A stretch of DNA of 62,108 bases, counting the filler, from an uncultured virus (IMG/VR IMGVR_UViG_2049941000_000856) (taxonomy: Duplodnaviria > Heunggongvirae > Uroviricota > Caudoviricetes). It is 4 parts of one record of this genome, joined end to end, with 100 filler letters (N's around TTAATTAATTAA, not from the genome) between each part and the next. Parts side by side here need not be neighbours in the genome. Positions count along the whole stretch, not along the records: positions 22,093 to 46,924 come from IMGVR_UViG_2049941000_000856; positions 47,025 to 62,108 come from IMGVR_UViG_2049941000_000856; 2 more parts are not named here. The stretch is one strand, 5' to 3'. Positions within the stretch are counted from its first letter, which is position 1, and every line of letters begins with the position of its first letter. The position numbers were made by a program, and so were the translations under genes. Of this stretch, positions 37,934-47,960 are shown one piece after another. Below the pieces are notes generated by a model. It saw only the letters and a program-made list of their open reading frames with translations, searched no databases and was not told where the DNA came from.

Positions 37934-39340
37934 TTAAAACCCGTCAAAATTCACGTTTTGCCCCTTGAACGGGTCTGCCGTTTGCGCGAATATCGGGCCC
38001 GTGTCGCTTGCGTTTTTCGCATGGTATGCCAAAGCCGCTCCCCAGAAGAAGTCGCCGTGGCCCTGCTCGGTGCTTGCGGCATCGTAACGCACGTTCCCGG
38101 CACTTGTGACAATCTTCCTTACCGCGTGGATGCTTTCGGCCTGTTCGTCCTCGATTTTGGTGTCGATGCCCGGAAACTTTGGGCATTTTTCAAGGATTAG
38201 CTTTTGATCTTCAAACGCCTGCAAAAGGTTGATGGCAAGGTCGGCCTTGACCGTATTCGAGAAAAGGACTCCCTCGACCTTGACGCTTCCGAACTTTTCC
38301 TGGGCACGTTCGGTGAACTGGTCGCCACATCCCGTGCGGTCGATACAGCCACGGATGAGGTTTGGCAATTTCAGGAACTTGTAAAGCTTCTGTTCCAAAT
38401 AGCTCCACTTCTTGTTCTGATAGGCCTCTACTGCGCGACAAATCAGGCGGTCGCCAATGTCTTCAAAAACGTAAATGACGTAAAGGTGACGGTGGCGGGC
38501 TACGTCGCAACCCAGGTAGAGCGGGCCTTTGGCCTTTTCGAGCCCGAGAACGCCCTGACGCTCGCAGCTGTGAATCAGGTCGTAACTGATCATGGCCTTG
38601 GATTCGTCCTGCGGGTTGCAGCAGTATTCCTCCTGCCATATCGCTTCGGTGAGGCATCCCTTGTGTTCCTGCTCCAGCCATTCTTCGCGTTCTTTCCTGG
38701 AGAGTTTCTTACCGCAGATGCGGTCGGCAACGCCTTCCTCTACGGCAAGCTGGATGGGCACGGTGTGCACGCTGTAGTCAAGTTCGCCTTTTTTGCACTT
38801 GTCGATGAGTTTGTAGAAAAGCGAGTTCACGCCGTTGTGGGTTGACAAAATGCGGATTGGATAGCCCCACATGGCGGCAGGCTTCGCGGCTGCCCACATC
38901 TTTTGGTCGTTTTCGTGGTGCGCGGCTTCGTCCCATACGATTTTACCGCCTTTGGAGCGGAACGCCTTGGGATTGCTGGATAGCACGTAAATCTTCGAGC
39001 CGTTGTTGAACTCGATAATCTTGCTCTTGATTCCCTTGTCTTCATCGGCAAATTCGCAGTCCTCGATTTCTTCGGAGTTGATTTCTGCGAGGGCTTTTGC
39101 GATGGCGTTAAGTTTTTGAATCCATGATTCGCAATAGTCGATGTATTCGGCTGCTGCGGTCATGTCTGCGGAGCTGAAAAAGACCTTGAGTCCGGGCTGC
39201 TCGATACAGTCCTGAACATCCTCAAAACTCTGTACCCATGTGCCACCGATACGGCGGGACTTCTCGAAAATCTTGACTTTCGACTTGTCCTGAAGCCAGC
39301 GCTTCTGATAAGGGAAAAAGAATTCGTCTAGGCTTTTCAT
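37934..39340 (-). CDS. Terminase large subunit (Mu gp28-like)
   Basis: PYQKRW; KSRRIGGT; VWDEAAHH; STHNG; LGCDVAR; HGDFFW. Confidence 0.92.
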   Translation of the reverse strand: MKSLDEFFFPYQKRWLQDKSKVKIFEKSRRIGGTWVQSFEDVQDCIEQPGLKVFFSSADMTAAAEYIDYCESWIQKLNAIAKALAEINSEEIEDCEFADEDKGIKSKIIEFNNGSKIYVLSSNPKAFRSKGGKIVWDEAAHHENDQKMWAAAKPAAMWGYPIRILSTHNGVNSLFYKLIDKCKKGELDYSVHTVPIQLAVEEGVADRICGKKLSRKEREEWLEQEHKGCLTEAIWQEEYCCNPQDESKAMISYDLIHSCERQGVLGLEKAKGPLYLGCDVARHRHLYVIYVFEDIGDRLICRAVEAYQNKKWSYLEQKLYKFLKLPNLIRGCIDRTGCGDQFTERAQEKFGSVKVEGVLFSNTVKADLAINLLQAFEDQKLILEKCPKFPGIDTKIEDEQAESIHAVRKIVTSAGNVRYDAASTEQGHGDFFWGAALAYHAKNASDTGPIFAQTADPFKGQNVNFDGF

Positions 39341-39744
39341 ATTCCGAGAACTTCCTGAAGTTTCTTAAGAGCAGCCTTTTGACGTTCTTCAGGCGTTCTT
39401 TCATCGTTCTTTTTCTTTGGAGCTTTTTCTTCGTATTTTCGACTAGTCTCTGCCGTGTCGATTATTCGTTGAAGTGATATAAATCGAGCATTGTCAACAG
39501 CAACGCCATTTTGCAAGTCTTGCTTTATTTGCCTTGCAAGAACTTCACCAAGTTCAAAAATTTCGGCATGAAATTTATCTTGACTGCCTGATATTTTCGC
39601 CCGTTCAAGCTCCCAATGGTCTTCGGCTTTCCACGTCTGCAAAGTTCTAGTGGAAATATTTAGTCTGCGTCCTATCTCAGATAGGCTTAATTGATGGACC
39701 ACATAGAGGTCTTTTGCTTGCGGCTTGAGTTCTGCCTTGCTCAT
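39337..39744 (-). CDS. Terminase small subunit-like HTH protein (DUF1804-like)
   Basis: AKDLY...LSEIGRRLNISTRTLQTWK...W; directly upstream of TerL. Confidence 0.7.
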   Translation of the reverse strand: MSKAELKPQAKDLYVVHQLSLSEIGRRLNISTRTLQTWKAEDHWELERAKISGSQDKFHAEIFELGEVLARQIKQDLQNGVAVDNARFISLQRIIDTAETSRKYEEKAPKKKNDERTPEERQKAALKKLQEVLGI

Positions 39745-39968
39745 TTATTCCTCCCGTGGTATTCCATGCAACAGGCGCGGATTGCTTCCATTGCTTGTCT
39801 TTGTTCGTCCGTGTATTTTTGGAATAGCGTTTCCCAACGCGTGTTCTCGACAGCTTGCGACTTCTCCCATTTGGCGTTCTCGTTTGTGTATAGCACAAAG
39901 AGCATCGCTGCAAAAATGATGCTAATTCCACCGTGCTTAAACGCTTCAATCCAAAAGTTCTTGTCCAT
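39741..39968 (-). CDS. Putative holin (BhlA/UviB-like)
   Basis: 75 aa, one TM (GISIIFAAMLFVLY) followed by ENAKWE coiled coil. Confidence 0.5.
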   Translation of the reverse strand: MDKNFWIEAFKHGGISIIFAAMLFVLYTNENAKWEKSQAVENTRWETLFQKYTDEQRQAMEAIRACCMEYHGRNK

Positions 39969-40101
39969 ATAGTTCCTCGCAACAAACTTACTTGTAACCG
40001 AGTGACTTAGGGCATGTCACTGTCATCTCCTCTTTCGGTTTTTCGCTTGTAACTTTGATGTTGCGAAAGACAAGAATCACAGAACTCAGGTGGTCTATGT
40101 A

Positions 40102-41406
40102 ATGAAGGACAAAAAACTTTTGAAATCCGATGATCTCAAGGAACCGTGGGTCGAAGCATTCAAGGTCGGCAAGGTCACTGACATGGCTGGCAAGGAACAC
40201 GACTTCAGCGAAGCGGACCTCGAAGATCTGAATGAAGGCATCCACAAACAGCTCAAAGCCGGTTACCAGCCGCCACTCGTCAAGGGGCACCCTAAAGTCG
40301 ATGATCCGCGTGTGGGATCCATTGTCGATTCCAAGGTTGAAGACAATGTGCTCAAGGTAAAGCTTGATGACGTGAGCAACGACTTTGCCGAAGAGGTGAA
40401 GAAGGGCGGCTTCAAGTACCTTTCAGCTTCTATTTACAGCAACTTGAAAAAGGGCTTAAGACACCTCGGTGCTTTGGGTGCCCACGCTCCCGCCATGAAG
40501 GGAATGGCCCCGCTTTGCTTTGGCGAAGGCTGCTTTGCAGAAGTGGACAAGGGGGTTACCGAACAGGATGTGTGCATGTTCGCAGAATCATTCGCTTGGG
40601 ACAGGCTTGTACCGGCATCAGTCTTTGAACGACTTGTGTATCGCTTTAGTGCGCTTGGACGCATGTTCAGGAGCCAGCGCGAACAGCTTATCGAAAAAGA
40701 AGGCATCGAGGCAGCCGACAAGGTTTTCCCGGAATACGTGGTAAAAGATGTCGAGGATGCCGAAAGCATTCTCAAGGATGCCAAGGACTTTCCGAAGCAG
40801 ACCTCGCCTGTTCAGGCTACGGCTGCGAAGGACGCACAGAGTTCCTTTGGCGATCATGACGAAACAACTGATTCTGCTCCGCTGGAGAACGGGGAGCAGA
40901 ACCCTCAGCCTAAAACGCCCCCTCGCGATGAACCGACCGCATCTATCCTGGAAGGTAATTCTAGCGAAGCGGCGCGGCTGAGCGAAGAGAACGCGGCACT
41001 CAAGGCCGAAAATGACGCCCTTAAGGCTGACAAGCTTGCAGCGGAGCGTCTGCGTGCCGGGGCTGCGTTCTCCGAGACTTTGGACAAGGCTATTGCCGAT
41101 GGCCGCTGTAATCAGGTACTCAAGGATAACCTGATGAAGGTTTTCGGAGTGTGCCAGGAAGTGCCTGTTGATGGCGAAGGCTGCTTTGGCGAAGGCGATG
41201 ACCGTGTGAATGTCGCGGATGTGCTTGCCAAGACGGTTGCCGCGCTCCCGAAGATCGTGGAGCTCGGAGAAGCTCCCGAAATGCGCGACACTCCGCAACT
41301 TGCGGCGGGCGAAGCTCTTGCCAAGTACAAGGCTGAACAGGAATCCAAGGGGCGTGTGCTTTCGTTTGCAGAAGCAGCGGAAGAATACGACCGCATCAAG
41401 GTTTAA
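40102..41406 (+). CDS. Prohead protease/scaffold (Mu gpI-like)
   Basis: PPLVKGHP; YLSASIY; LRHLGALGAHAPAMKGM; acidic coiled-coil C-half. Confidence 0.85.
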   Translation: MKDKKLLKSDDLKEPWVEAFKVGKVTDMAGKEHDFSEADLEDLNEGIHKQLKAGYQPPLVKGHPKVDDPRVGSIVDSKVEDNVLKVKLDDVSNDFAEEVKKGGFKYLSASIYSNLKKGLRHLGALGAHAPAMKGMAPLCFGEGCFAEVDKGVTEQDVCMFAESFAWDRLVPASVFERLVYRFSALGRMFRSQREQLIEKEGIEAADKVFPEYVVKDVEDAESILKDAKDFPKQTSPVQATAAKDAQSSFGDHDETTDSAPLENGEQNPQPKTPPRDEPTASILEGNSSEAARLSEENAALKAENDALKADKLAAERLRAGAAFSETLDKAIADGRCNQVLKDNLMKVFGVCQEVPVDGEGCFGEGDDRVNVADVLAKTVAALPKIVELGEAPEMRDTPQLAAGEALAKYKAEQESKGRVLSFAEAAEEYDRIKV

Positions 41407-41424
41407 CAAAACAAGGAGAATCCC

Positions 41425-41889
41425 ATGAAGGGTAATGTCCTCAATTTCACCGCAGAAGCTGCGGTTCCCGCTTTCCGCTTTGCCAAGGCTGGCACCACGG
41501 AAGGTAACGTGAAACTTGCCGGTGCAGGAGATACCGCACTTGGCGTTACTGGCGAATTGGATACTGCTGAAGGTTGCCGTTGCGATGTGCAGCTCGATGG
41601 CATTGCCGAAGTCGAATGTGGTGGCTCTGTCACGTTCGGTGTGGCTCTTGAACCCGACGCGAACGGCAAGGCTGTTACCGCATCGACCACTCCGGGATGC
41701 GCGACCGCCCTTGAAAGCGGTTCGGCTGGCGACATCATCCGCGTGAAGCTCGACTGCGTGGGCGTGCCCACTACGCCTGTGAACGCGATGAAGTACAAGG
41801 CTGCGACCGGCGGGGTTTCCAAGAATACCTTCGTGAAGCTCGGTTCTACCGCTGGCGAAGTCACCACCGCAGGTGCTGGCGACGCTGTG
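41425..41889 (+). CDS. DUF2190-like capsid cement protein, tandem domains (3' truncated)
   Basis: DVQLDGIAEVECGG...DANGKAV...ALESGSAGDIIRV. Confidence 0.75.
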
Positions 41890-41899
41890 NNNNNNNNNN

Positions 41900-41976
41900 T
41901 GACTAAAATCGCTATCGTGCTTCTCTCTCTCGTGTGTGCTCTGTGCTCCTTTGCGGGTGCAGACACGCTTACCGCC
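41900..41976 (+). CDS. Signal-peptide-like N-terminus of the gene after DUF2190 (probable major capsid protein)
   Basis: TKIAIVLLSLVCALCSFAGADTLTA; allele of 46841-46924. Confidence 0.5.
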
Positions 41977-41986
41977 NNNNNNNNNN

Positions 41987-42721
41987 GGTTTCCAGGAGTT
42001 CTACAGAGCCGGTCTGCGGGATGACTGCGACAGCATCGCGGATAAGCCCTGCAAGCATTTTCAGGAACTGTTGCTGTTCGGCATCTGTTGCCGTTGGCGG
42101 CACCTTGCCGATGGCTTTGGGCATACCATATTTTTCGACGAAGAGCATCCAGAATTTGAGACCGCCTTTCTTGAACGCGAGAGGCCAGAAGCAACGGGAA
42201 TAGGTGGCGTTTCCGTATGGGTTCGCGGTTGTCGGGCGGTTGCGAGTGACGAGGAACTTGCGGGCGGGCATTTCTTGGCGGGTGCCGTCCTTCGTCTGCA
42301 AGAGGAGCTTGCTATCGTTATCGAATTTGAACCATTCCTGCTTGCGGTCCTTGATAGCTGTGGGCAATATGAGCACGCCCAAGTCGGTTGCGACCGCATC
42401 CCACACGATTTCATGCACTGCGTAACCGAAGCCGATTGCTTCGAGCATCTGCGAAATCGTGTTGCGAAGGTCGATGTTCCAGAGGTATTCCTCGACAAAC
42501 TTTGCTTTGTTCTGGTCGCCCTTGCTACCGTCGATTGTCCATGCACGGCTCGTGATGGCGGCAAAGCGCTTGTTTTTCACCGCGTCGAGGTGTGCGTCTA
42601 TCATTTCGCGATAGACCTTGATGTTGCCGCCCTGAGCCTTGAGGATTGTGTCGGGGTTTGGCAAGTAGTCGAGCCCGGTGATATACTCGGCGACATTCCG
42701 GGTGGCGACTTCCTTTGCAAG
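41987..42721 (-). CDS. Portal 5' fragment (another variant)
   Basis: Homologue of the N-half of 35666-37147. Confidence 0.85.
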
Positions 42722-42731
42722 NNNNNNNNNN

Positions 42732-43645
42732 TGCGGCGTTCCGCAGATTGTCGCCGAAGTTTTCGGCTCTGACGGTGGCGTTCTTGCCGCTGGCTTGCTC
42801 CTCCCGATTGGCGTGCAGCAGACCGACCTTGTGGCCGCCTACAAGAACGGCAAGATGATTGCCGACCAGGTGATGCCTGTCAAGGTGCTCGACGGCCCGG
42901 AACTTGCGTTCAAGTACTACGAGCGAACCAAGGGCGATTCGTTTGCCGCCCCGGATACCAAGGTTGGCCGCACTTCTGAACCGAATATCATCCACCTTTC
43001 GGGAACGGAAAAAGCCGCAGTTGCCGAAGCCCAGGGTTTGCAGATTATCGTGCCTAAGGAAGATATTGACCAGATCAAGAACAAGGAACGCTATGTGAAT
43101 ACGAGCCTTGAATACTTGATGAACCAGGTGTATCTCGGTCGTGAAATGCGTGTTGCGGGCATTGTGCAGGACACTTCGAACTATGGCGATGGCCTTACCC
43201 ACACTTACGAAAACGCCCAGGGTATCGGAGCGGACGGCTTCAACATCGTGGAAACGATTCTCGAATACCTTGAAAAGCCGCTCGCCCGTCCGAACGTGAT
43301 TGGCATGAACTCTGTCGTGTGGGCGAAACTCCGCACTGACCCGAACGTGCTCCGCTCTGTATATCCGAACTCCAACGGTGCAGGTGTCGCAAGTCGCGAA
43401 CAGATCAAGGCCTTGTTCGAAGTTGATGAAATCCTCATCGGTGAAGCCCGCGTGAACACCACCAAGAATGCCAAGAATCCGCAGCTTGCCCGTTGCTGGG
43501 GTGATAACATCTGGGCTCACTACTCCGAACCGCTTTCCACGCTCAAGGAAGGCATTGCCTGGGGTATGACCGCACAGATTGGCGACCGCTTTGCCACCAT
43601 CATCGAAGACGAAAAGATTGGTCTCAAGGGTGCCGAAATCATCAA
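42732..43645 (+). CDS. Major capsid protein (internal fragment)
   Basis: AYKNGKMIADQVMPV; REMRVAGIVQD; PNVIGM...W.KLRT.P; WGDNIW; fits the expected gene order. Confidence 0.8.
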
Positions 43646-43655
43646 NNNNNNNNNN

Positions 43656-44405
43656 TTTGGATTCGTCCTGCGGGTTGCAGCAGTATTCCTCTTGCCAGAT
43701 GGCTTCGGTGAGGCATCCCTTGTGTTCGTTTTCCAGCCACGCTTCGCGTTCTTTCCTGGAGAGCTTTCGCCCGCAGATACGGTCGGCGAGGCCTTCTTCC
43801 ACTGCGAGCTGGATAGGAACGGTGTGCACGCTGTAATCGAGTTCGCCTTTTTTGCACTTGTCGATGATCAGGTAGAAAAGCGAGTTGACGCCGTTGTGCG
43901 TAGAGAGTATGCGGATTGAGTAACCCCACATGGCGGCGGGCTTCGCGGCTGCCCACATCTTGCGGTCGTCCTTGTGGTGTGCCGCTTCGTCCCAGACAAT
44001 CTTACCGCCTTTTGAGCGGAACGCCTTTGGGTTGCTGGATAGCGCGTAAATTTTTGAACCGTTGTTGAACTCGATTACTTTGGACTTTACGCCTTTGTCT
44101 TCGTCGGCAAACTCACATTCGGAAATATCCTCGCAGTTGATTTCCGCCAGCGCCTTTGCAATCGTGTTCAGCTTCGCAACCCAACCGGCTATGTAATCCA
44201 TGTATTCTGCGGCGGCGGTCATGTCTGCCGAGCTGAAGAATATCTTCAGTCCGGGCTGTTCGATGCAGTCCTGCACGTCTTCGAAGCTCTGCACGTAAGT
44301 TCCACCGATACGGCGGGACTTTTCGAGGATTTTAACCTTGCTCTTGTCGAGCAAGTACCTCTTTTGGTACGGAAAAAAGTAGTCGATTAGGCTTTGGTCG
44401 GGCAT
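43656..44405 (-). CDS. Terminase large subunit 5' fragment (variant)
   Basis: KSRRIGGT; WDEAAHH. Confidence 0.88.
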
Positions 44406-44809
44406 AGTCCAAGAGCTTCCTTCATTTTGGCGAGAGCGGCTTTCTGTTTTTCTTCCGGGGAAAGTTCGGACTTGTTGGCCTTGGGTGCCACGGCCTCGTA
44501 CTTGCGGGCATGTTCTGCCGTGTCGATGATTCGCTGGAGGGCGGTGTAGCGTTCGGGTGCAACTTTAACGCCGTCAAGCTCGTCTTGCTTGATTTTGCGA
44601 GCCATTACTTCGCCCAGTTCAAAGAGCTGTGCGTGGAAATTCTTTTCGCCACCGCTTATGGCGACACGGGCTTCGTCCCAATGTTCCTCGGCTTTCCATG
44701 TCTGCAAGGTGCGAGTAGAAACGTTAATAGCCCGGCTGATGTCTGCCAGGCTCATTTGGTGGATGGTGTAGAGTTCCTTTGCGCGGGGCTTGAGTTCAGC
44801 TTTGCTCAT
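44387..44809 (-). CDS. Terminase small subunit-like protein (variant)
   Basis: Homologue of 39337-39744. Confidence 0.7.
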   Translation of the reverse strand: MSKAELKPRAKELYTIHQMSLADISRAINVSTRTLQTWKAEEHWDEARVAISGGEKNFHAQLFELGEVMARKIKQDELDGVKVAPERYTALQRIIDTAEHARKYEAVAPKANKSELSPEEKQKAALAKMKEALGLCPTKA

Positions 44810-45042
44810 TGCATTCTCCCGGAAGGTGCATGGTTTTCGGCACAGCAGGCACGTATCGTTTCAAGTGCACGTTTCTGGTCGTCGCTGTACTGTTTTAACA
44901 CGGCTTCCCAGCGTACCTGGTCATTGGCGGCGTTCTTTTCCCACTTGGCGTTTTCGTTAGTGTAAAAGATGGCCAGCATGACGGCGAACACGACGCTAAT
45001 GCCAAACTGCTTGAAAGCTTCAATCCAAAAATTCTTGTCCAT
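44806..45042 (-). CDS. Putative holin (variant)
   Basis: Homologue of 39741-39968. Confidence 0.5.
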   Translation of the reverse strand: MDKNFWIEAFKQFGISVVFAVMLAIFYTNENAKWEKNAANDQVRWEAVLKQYSDDQKRALETIRACCAENHAPSGRMQ

Positions 45043-45136
45043 ATAGTGCCTCGCAACAAACTTACTTGATGAACCGTGACATAGGACATGACTCTGTCAT
45101 CTCCTCTTTCGGTTTTCTGCTTGTAACTTTGAAGCC

Positions 45137-46423
45137 ATGAAAGACAAGAAACTTTTGAAATCCGATGATCTCAAGGAACCGTGGGTCGAAGCGTTCAAGG
45201 TCGGCAAGGTCACTGACATGGCTGGCAAGGAACACAACTTCAGCGAAGCGGACCTCGAAGATTTGAACGAAGGTATTCACGAACAGCTCAAGGCCGGTTA
45301 CCAGCCGCCGCTCGTCAAGGGGCACCCGAAAGTCGATGATCCGCGTGTCGGCTCAATTGTCGATTCCAAGGTGGAAGACAACGTGCTCAAGGTGAAGCTC
45401 GACGACGTGAATAACGACTTTGCCGAAGAGGTGAAGAAGGGCGGCTTCAAGTACCTTTCAGCGTCTGTTTACAGCAACTTGAAAAAGGGTTTAAGACACC
45501 TCGGAGCACTTGGCGCTCACGCCCCTGCGATGAAGGGCATGGCCCCGCTTTGCTTTGGCGAAGGAATGTTTGCCGAAGCGGACAAGGGCGTAACCGAACA
45601 GGATGTGTGCATGTTCGCGGAATCGTTCGCATGGGATAGGCTTGTCCCGGCATCGGTCTTTGAACGACTTATCTGGAAGCTTGAATCTATCGGTTCGCTT
45701 TTCCGCTCGCAGCGCGAACAGCTGATTGAAAAGGACGGTATCGATGCTGCTAACAAATTTTACCCGGAATACATAGTGAAGGATCTCGAATCCGTGCGTG
45801 ACGTAATCAAGGATTCGAACAACTTCCCGAAACAGACGACTGTAAAAGACACAACCGCTGACACCGCCTCCTCCTTCGGGGAACCGGGGGAGGTTGGCGG
45901 CGGCGATGGTAAACAAAATACTGACGAAGGAGAAAATGGTTCTGGTTCGCCGGAGAACGGGAATCAGGATCCTCAGCCTACAACGCCCCCTCACGACGAG
46001 CCGACCGCATCTATCCCGGAAGGCCATTCTAGCGAAGCGGCGCGGTTGAGCGAAGAGAACGCGGCACTCAAGGCCGAAAATGATGCCCTCAAGGCTGACA
46101 AGCTTGCAGCGGAGCGTCTGCGTGCCGGGGCTGCGTTCTCCGAGACTTTGGACAAGGCTATTGCCGATGGCCGCTGTAATCAGGTGCTCAAGGATAACCT
46201 GATGAAGGTCTTTGGAGTATGCCAGGAAGTGCCTGTTGATGGCGAAGGCTGCTTTGGCGAAGGCGAAGACCGCGTGAATATCGCGGATGTGCTCGCCAAG
46301 ACGGTTGCCGCCCTCCCGAAAATCGTGGAATTTGGCGAAGCTCCGGGAATGCGCGACACCCCGCAACTTGTGCCGGGCGAAGCTCTTGCCAAGTACAAGG
46401 CTGAACAGGAATCCAAGGGGCGT
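45137..46423 (+). CDS. Prohead protease/scaffold (variant, 3' truncated)
   Basis: Homologue of 40102-41406. Confidence 0.85.
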
Positions 46424-46433
46424 NNNNNNNNNN

Positions 46434-46820
46434 ATCGACTGCGTGGGCGTGCCCACTACGCCTGTGAACGCGGTGAAGTACAAGGCTGCGACCGGCGGGG
46501 TTTCCAAGAATACCTTCGTGAAGTTCGGTTCTACCGCTGGCGAAGTCACCACCGCAGGTGCTGGCGACGCTGTGCTCGGTGTGGCCCTTGCCGATGCCGC
46601 AGCCGGTGCGGATGTGGAAGTGCAAGTTGACAACATCGCAGAAGTGACCGCAAGTGCAGCCATTGACGCAGGCGCAAAGATCAAGAGTGCCGCAAGCGGA
46701 AAGGCCGTCACTGCCTCGACCGCAAGCGATGTGGTCTATGCCATCGCCCTCGAAGCTGCCGCAGCCGCGAACGATGTCATCAAGGTAAAGCTCGGCTATG
46801 CCGGTGTCATTTCGGGTTAA
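46434..46820 (+). CDS. DUF2190-like protein 3' part
   Basis: Overlaps the sequence of the 41425 gene and completes its second domain. Confidence 0.75.
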   Translation: MDCVGVPTTPVNAVKYKAATGGVSKNTFVKFGSTAGEVTTAGAGDAVLGVALADAAAGADVEVQVDNIAEVTASAAIDAGAKIKSAASGKAVTASTASDVVYAIALEAAAAANDVIKVKLGYAGVISG

Positions 46821-46840
46821 TTCAAAAAAGGACGAACAAC

Positions 46841-46924
46841 ATGAAGAAGAACTCTATCGCTCTCATGCTCTTTACTCTCGTGTGTGCTCTGTGCTCCTTT
46901 GCGGGTGCAGACACGCTTACCGCC
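46841..46924 (+). CDS. 5' end of probable major capsid gene with signal-peptide-like leader
   Basis: AAAGGA SD, then MKKNSIALMLFTLVCALCSFAGADTLTA. Confidence 0.55.
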
Positions 46925-47024
46925 NNNNNNNNNNNNNNNNNNNNNNNNNNNNNNNNNNNNNNNNNNNNTTAATTAATTAANNNNNNNNNNNNNNNNNNNN
47001 NNNNNNNNNNNNNNNNNNNNNNNN

Positions 47025-47397
47025 CCTTGCACCGAACGCCACCGGAGAGGTCAAGGTCGCAATCGTTGAAAAGGCCATCAAGGAAAGTTCAACGCTTATC
47101 GACTCTTACGTGAGGAAGCGTTTCCCGCGTCCGTTCCAGAGTGTCCCGGAAGTGCTGCGCATGGTCTGCGTTGACCTGAGCATCTATAACCTGTACGAAC
47201 GCGTGACGGAGCTGAATATCACTGACGGTATGAAGCTCCGCTACGACAATGCCATCAAGCTGCTTATCCGCATTGCCGATGGCGAACAGGATATCGGTGT
47301 AGATCCCGATGAACCTGTTACTGAAACGGGCTTTTCCGTTGCCTCCAAGGTCGATGGTGGGCCCGCCATGTTTTCGCTTAGCTCCATGAGGTTCTGA
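47025..47397 (+). CDS. Mu gp36-like (DUF1320) head-tail adaptor (5' truncated)
   Basis: LIDSYVRKRF..P...VPEVL...CVDLSIYNLY...RYDNAIKLL..IADG. Confidence 0.85.
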
Positions 47398-47960
47398 TGC
47401 CTGTAGCCGTGACGAATGACTACGTGATTGAAAAGGCTATCAAGGACCTTTTACGCGACAACAACACGCCCATGAACTTCAAGGCGATTGACGTGTCGCA
47501 TAACATTTCAGCCCTTTCCCGTCCGGGTCTTGCGTGTGCTGTTGTTTCGGGTGATTATTCCGAGCCTGACATGAGTGGCAAGATTGAGGAAAAGGCAAAG
47601 ATTGTCGTTTCGCTCGTGTTCAAGAATGTCGCGAACGAAGAAGAGCGCCGAAAGTTGGCGCACCCGGCTGTTCGCTATGTCATCGGCAAGCTCCACCATA
47701 ACGACTTGGGGCTTGATATAATGCCCTTGATTGTTGGCGATTGGCGTGAAGTGACCACCGCAGAGCATGTGGCTGTAGCCTGCATGGTGATCGAGATTGA
47801 ATTTACAACGCAGTTCACGGTTGTGCCTGAGTCCGCTGAACAAAACTACAGGGAACTGCTTTCTATCTGCTCTACGTTCAAGAGTGAAACGCCTGATAAT
47901 GAGACTCTTGCCGAGGGCACAGTGATTTTCAACGAGGTAAACAATGAACCTGAATCCTAA
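47397..47960 (+). CDS. Tail terminator/gp37-like protein
   Basis: Position between gp36 and sheath; size. Confidence 0.55.
   Translation: MPVAVTNDYVIEKAIKDLLRDNNTPMNFKAIDVSHNISALSRPGLACAVVSGDYSEPDMSGKIEEKAKIVVSLVFKNVANEEERRKLAHPAVRYVIGKLHHNDLGLDIMPLIVGDWREVTTAEHVAVACMVIEIEFTTQFTVVPESAEQNYRELLSICSTFKSETPDNETLAEGTVIFNEVNNEPES

Noticed and set aside
42525..44405. 626-aa terminase fusion and similar gap-spanning ORFs (12561-13661, 15327-16598, 45137-46630, 1-1677)
   Set aside because: Chimeras read through 10-N joins.
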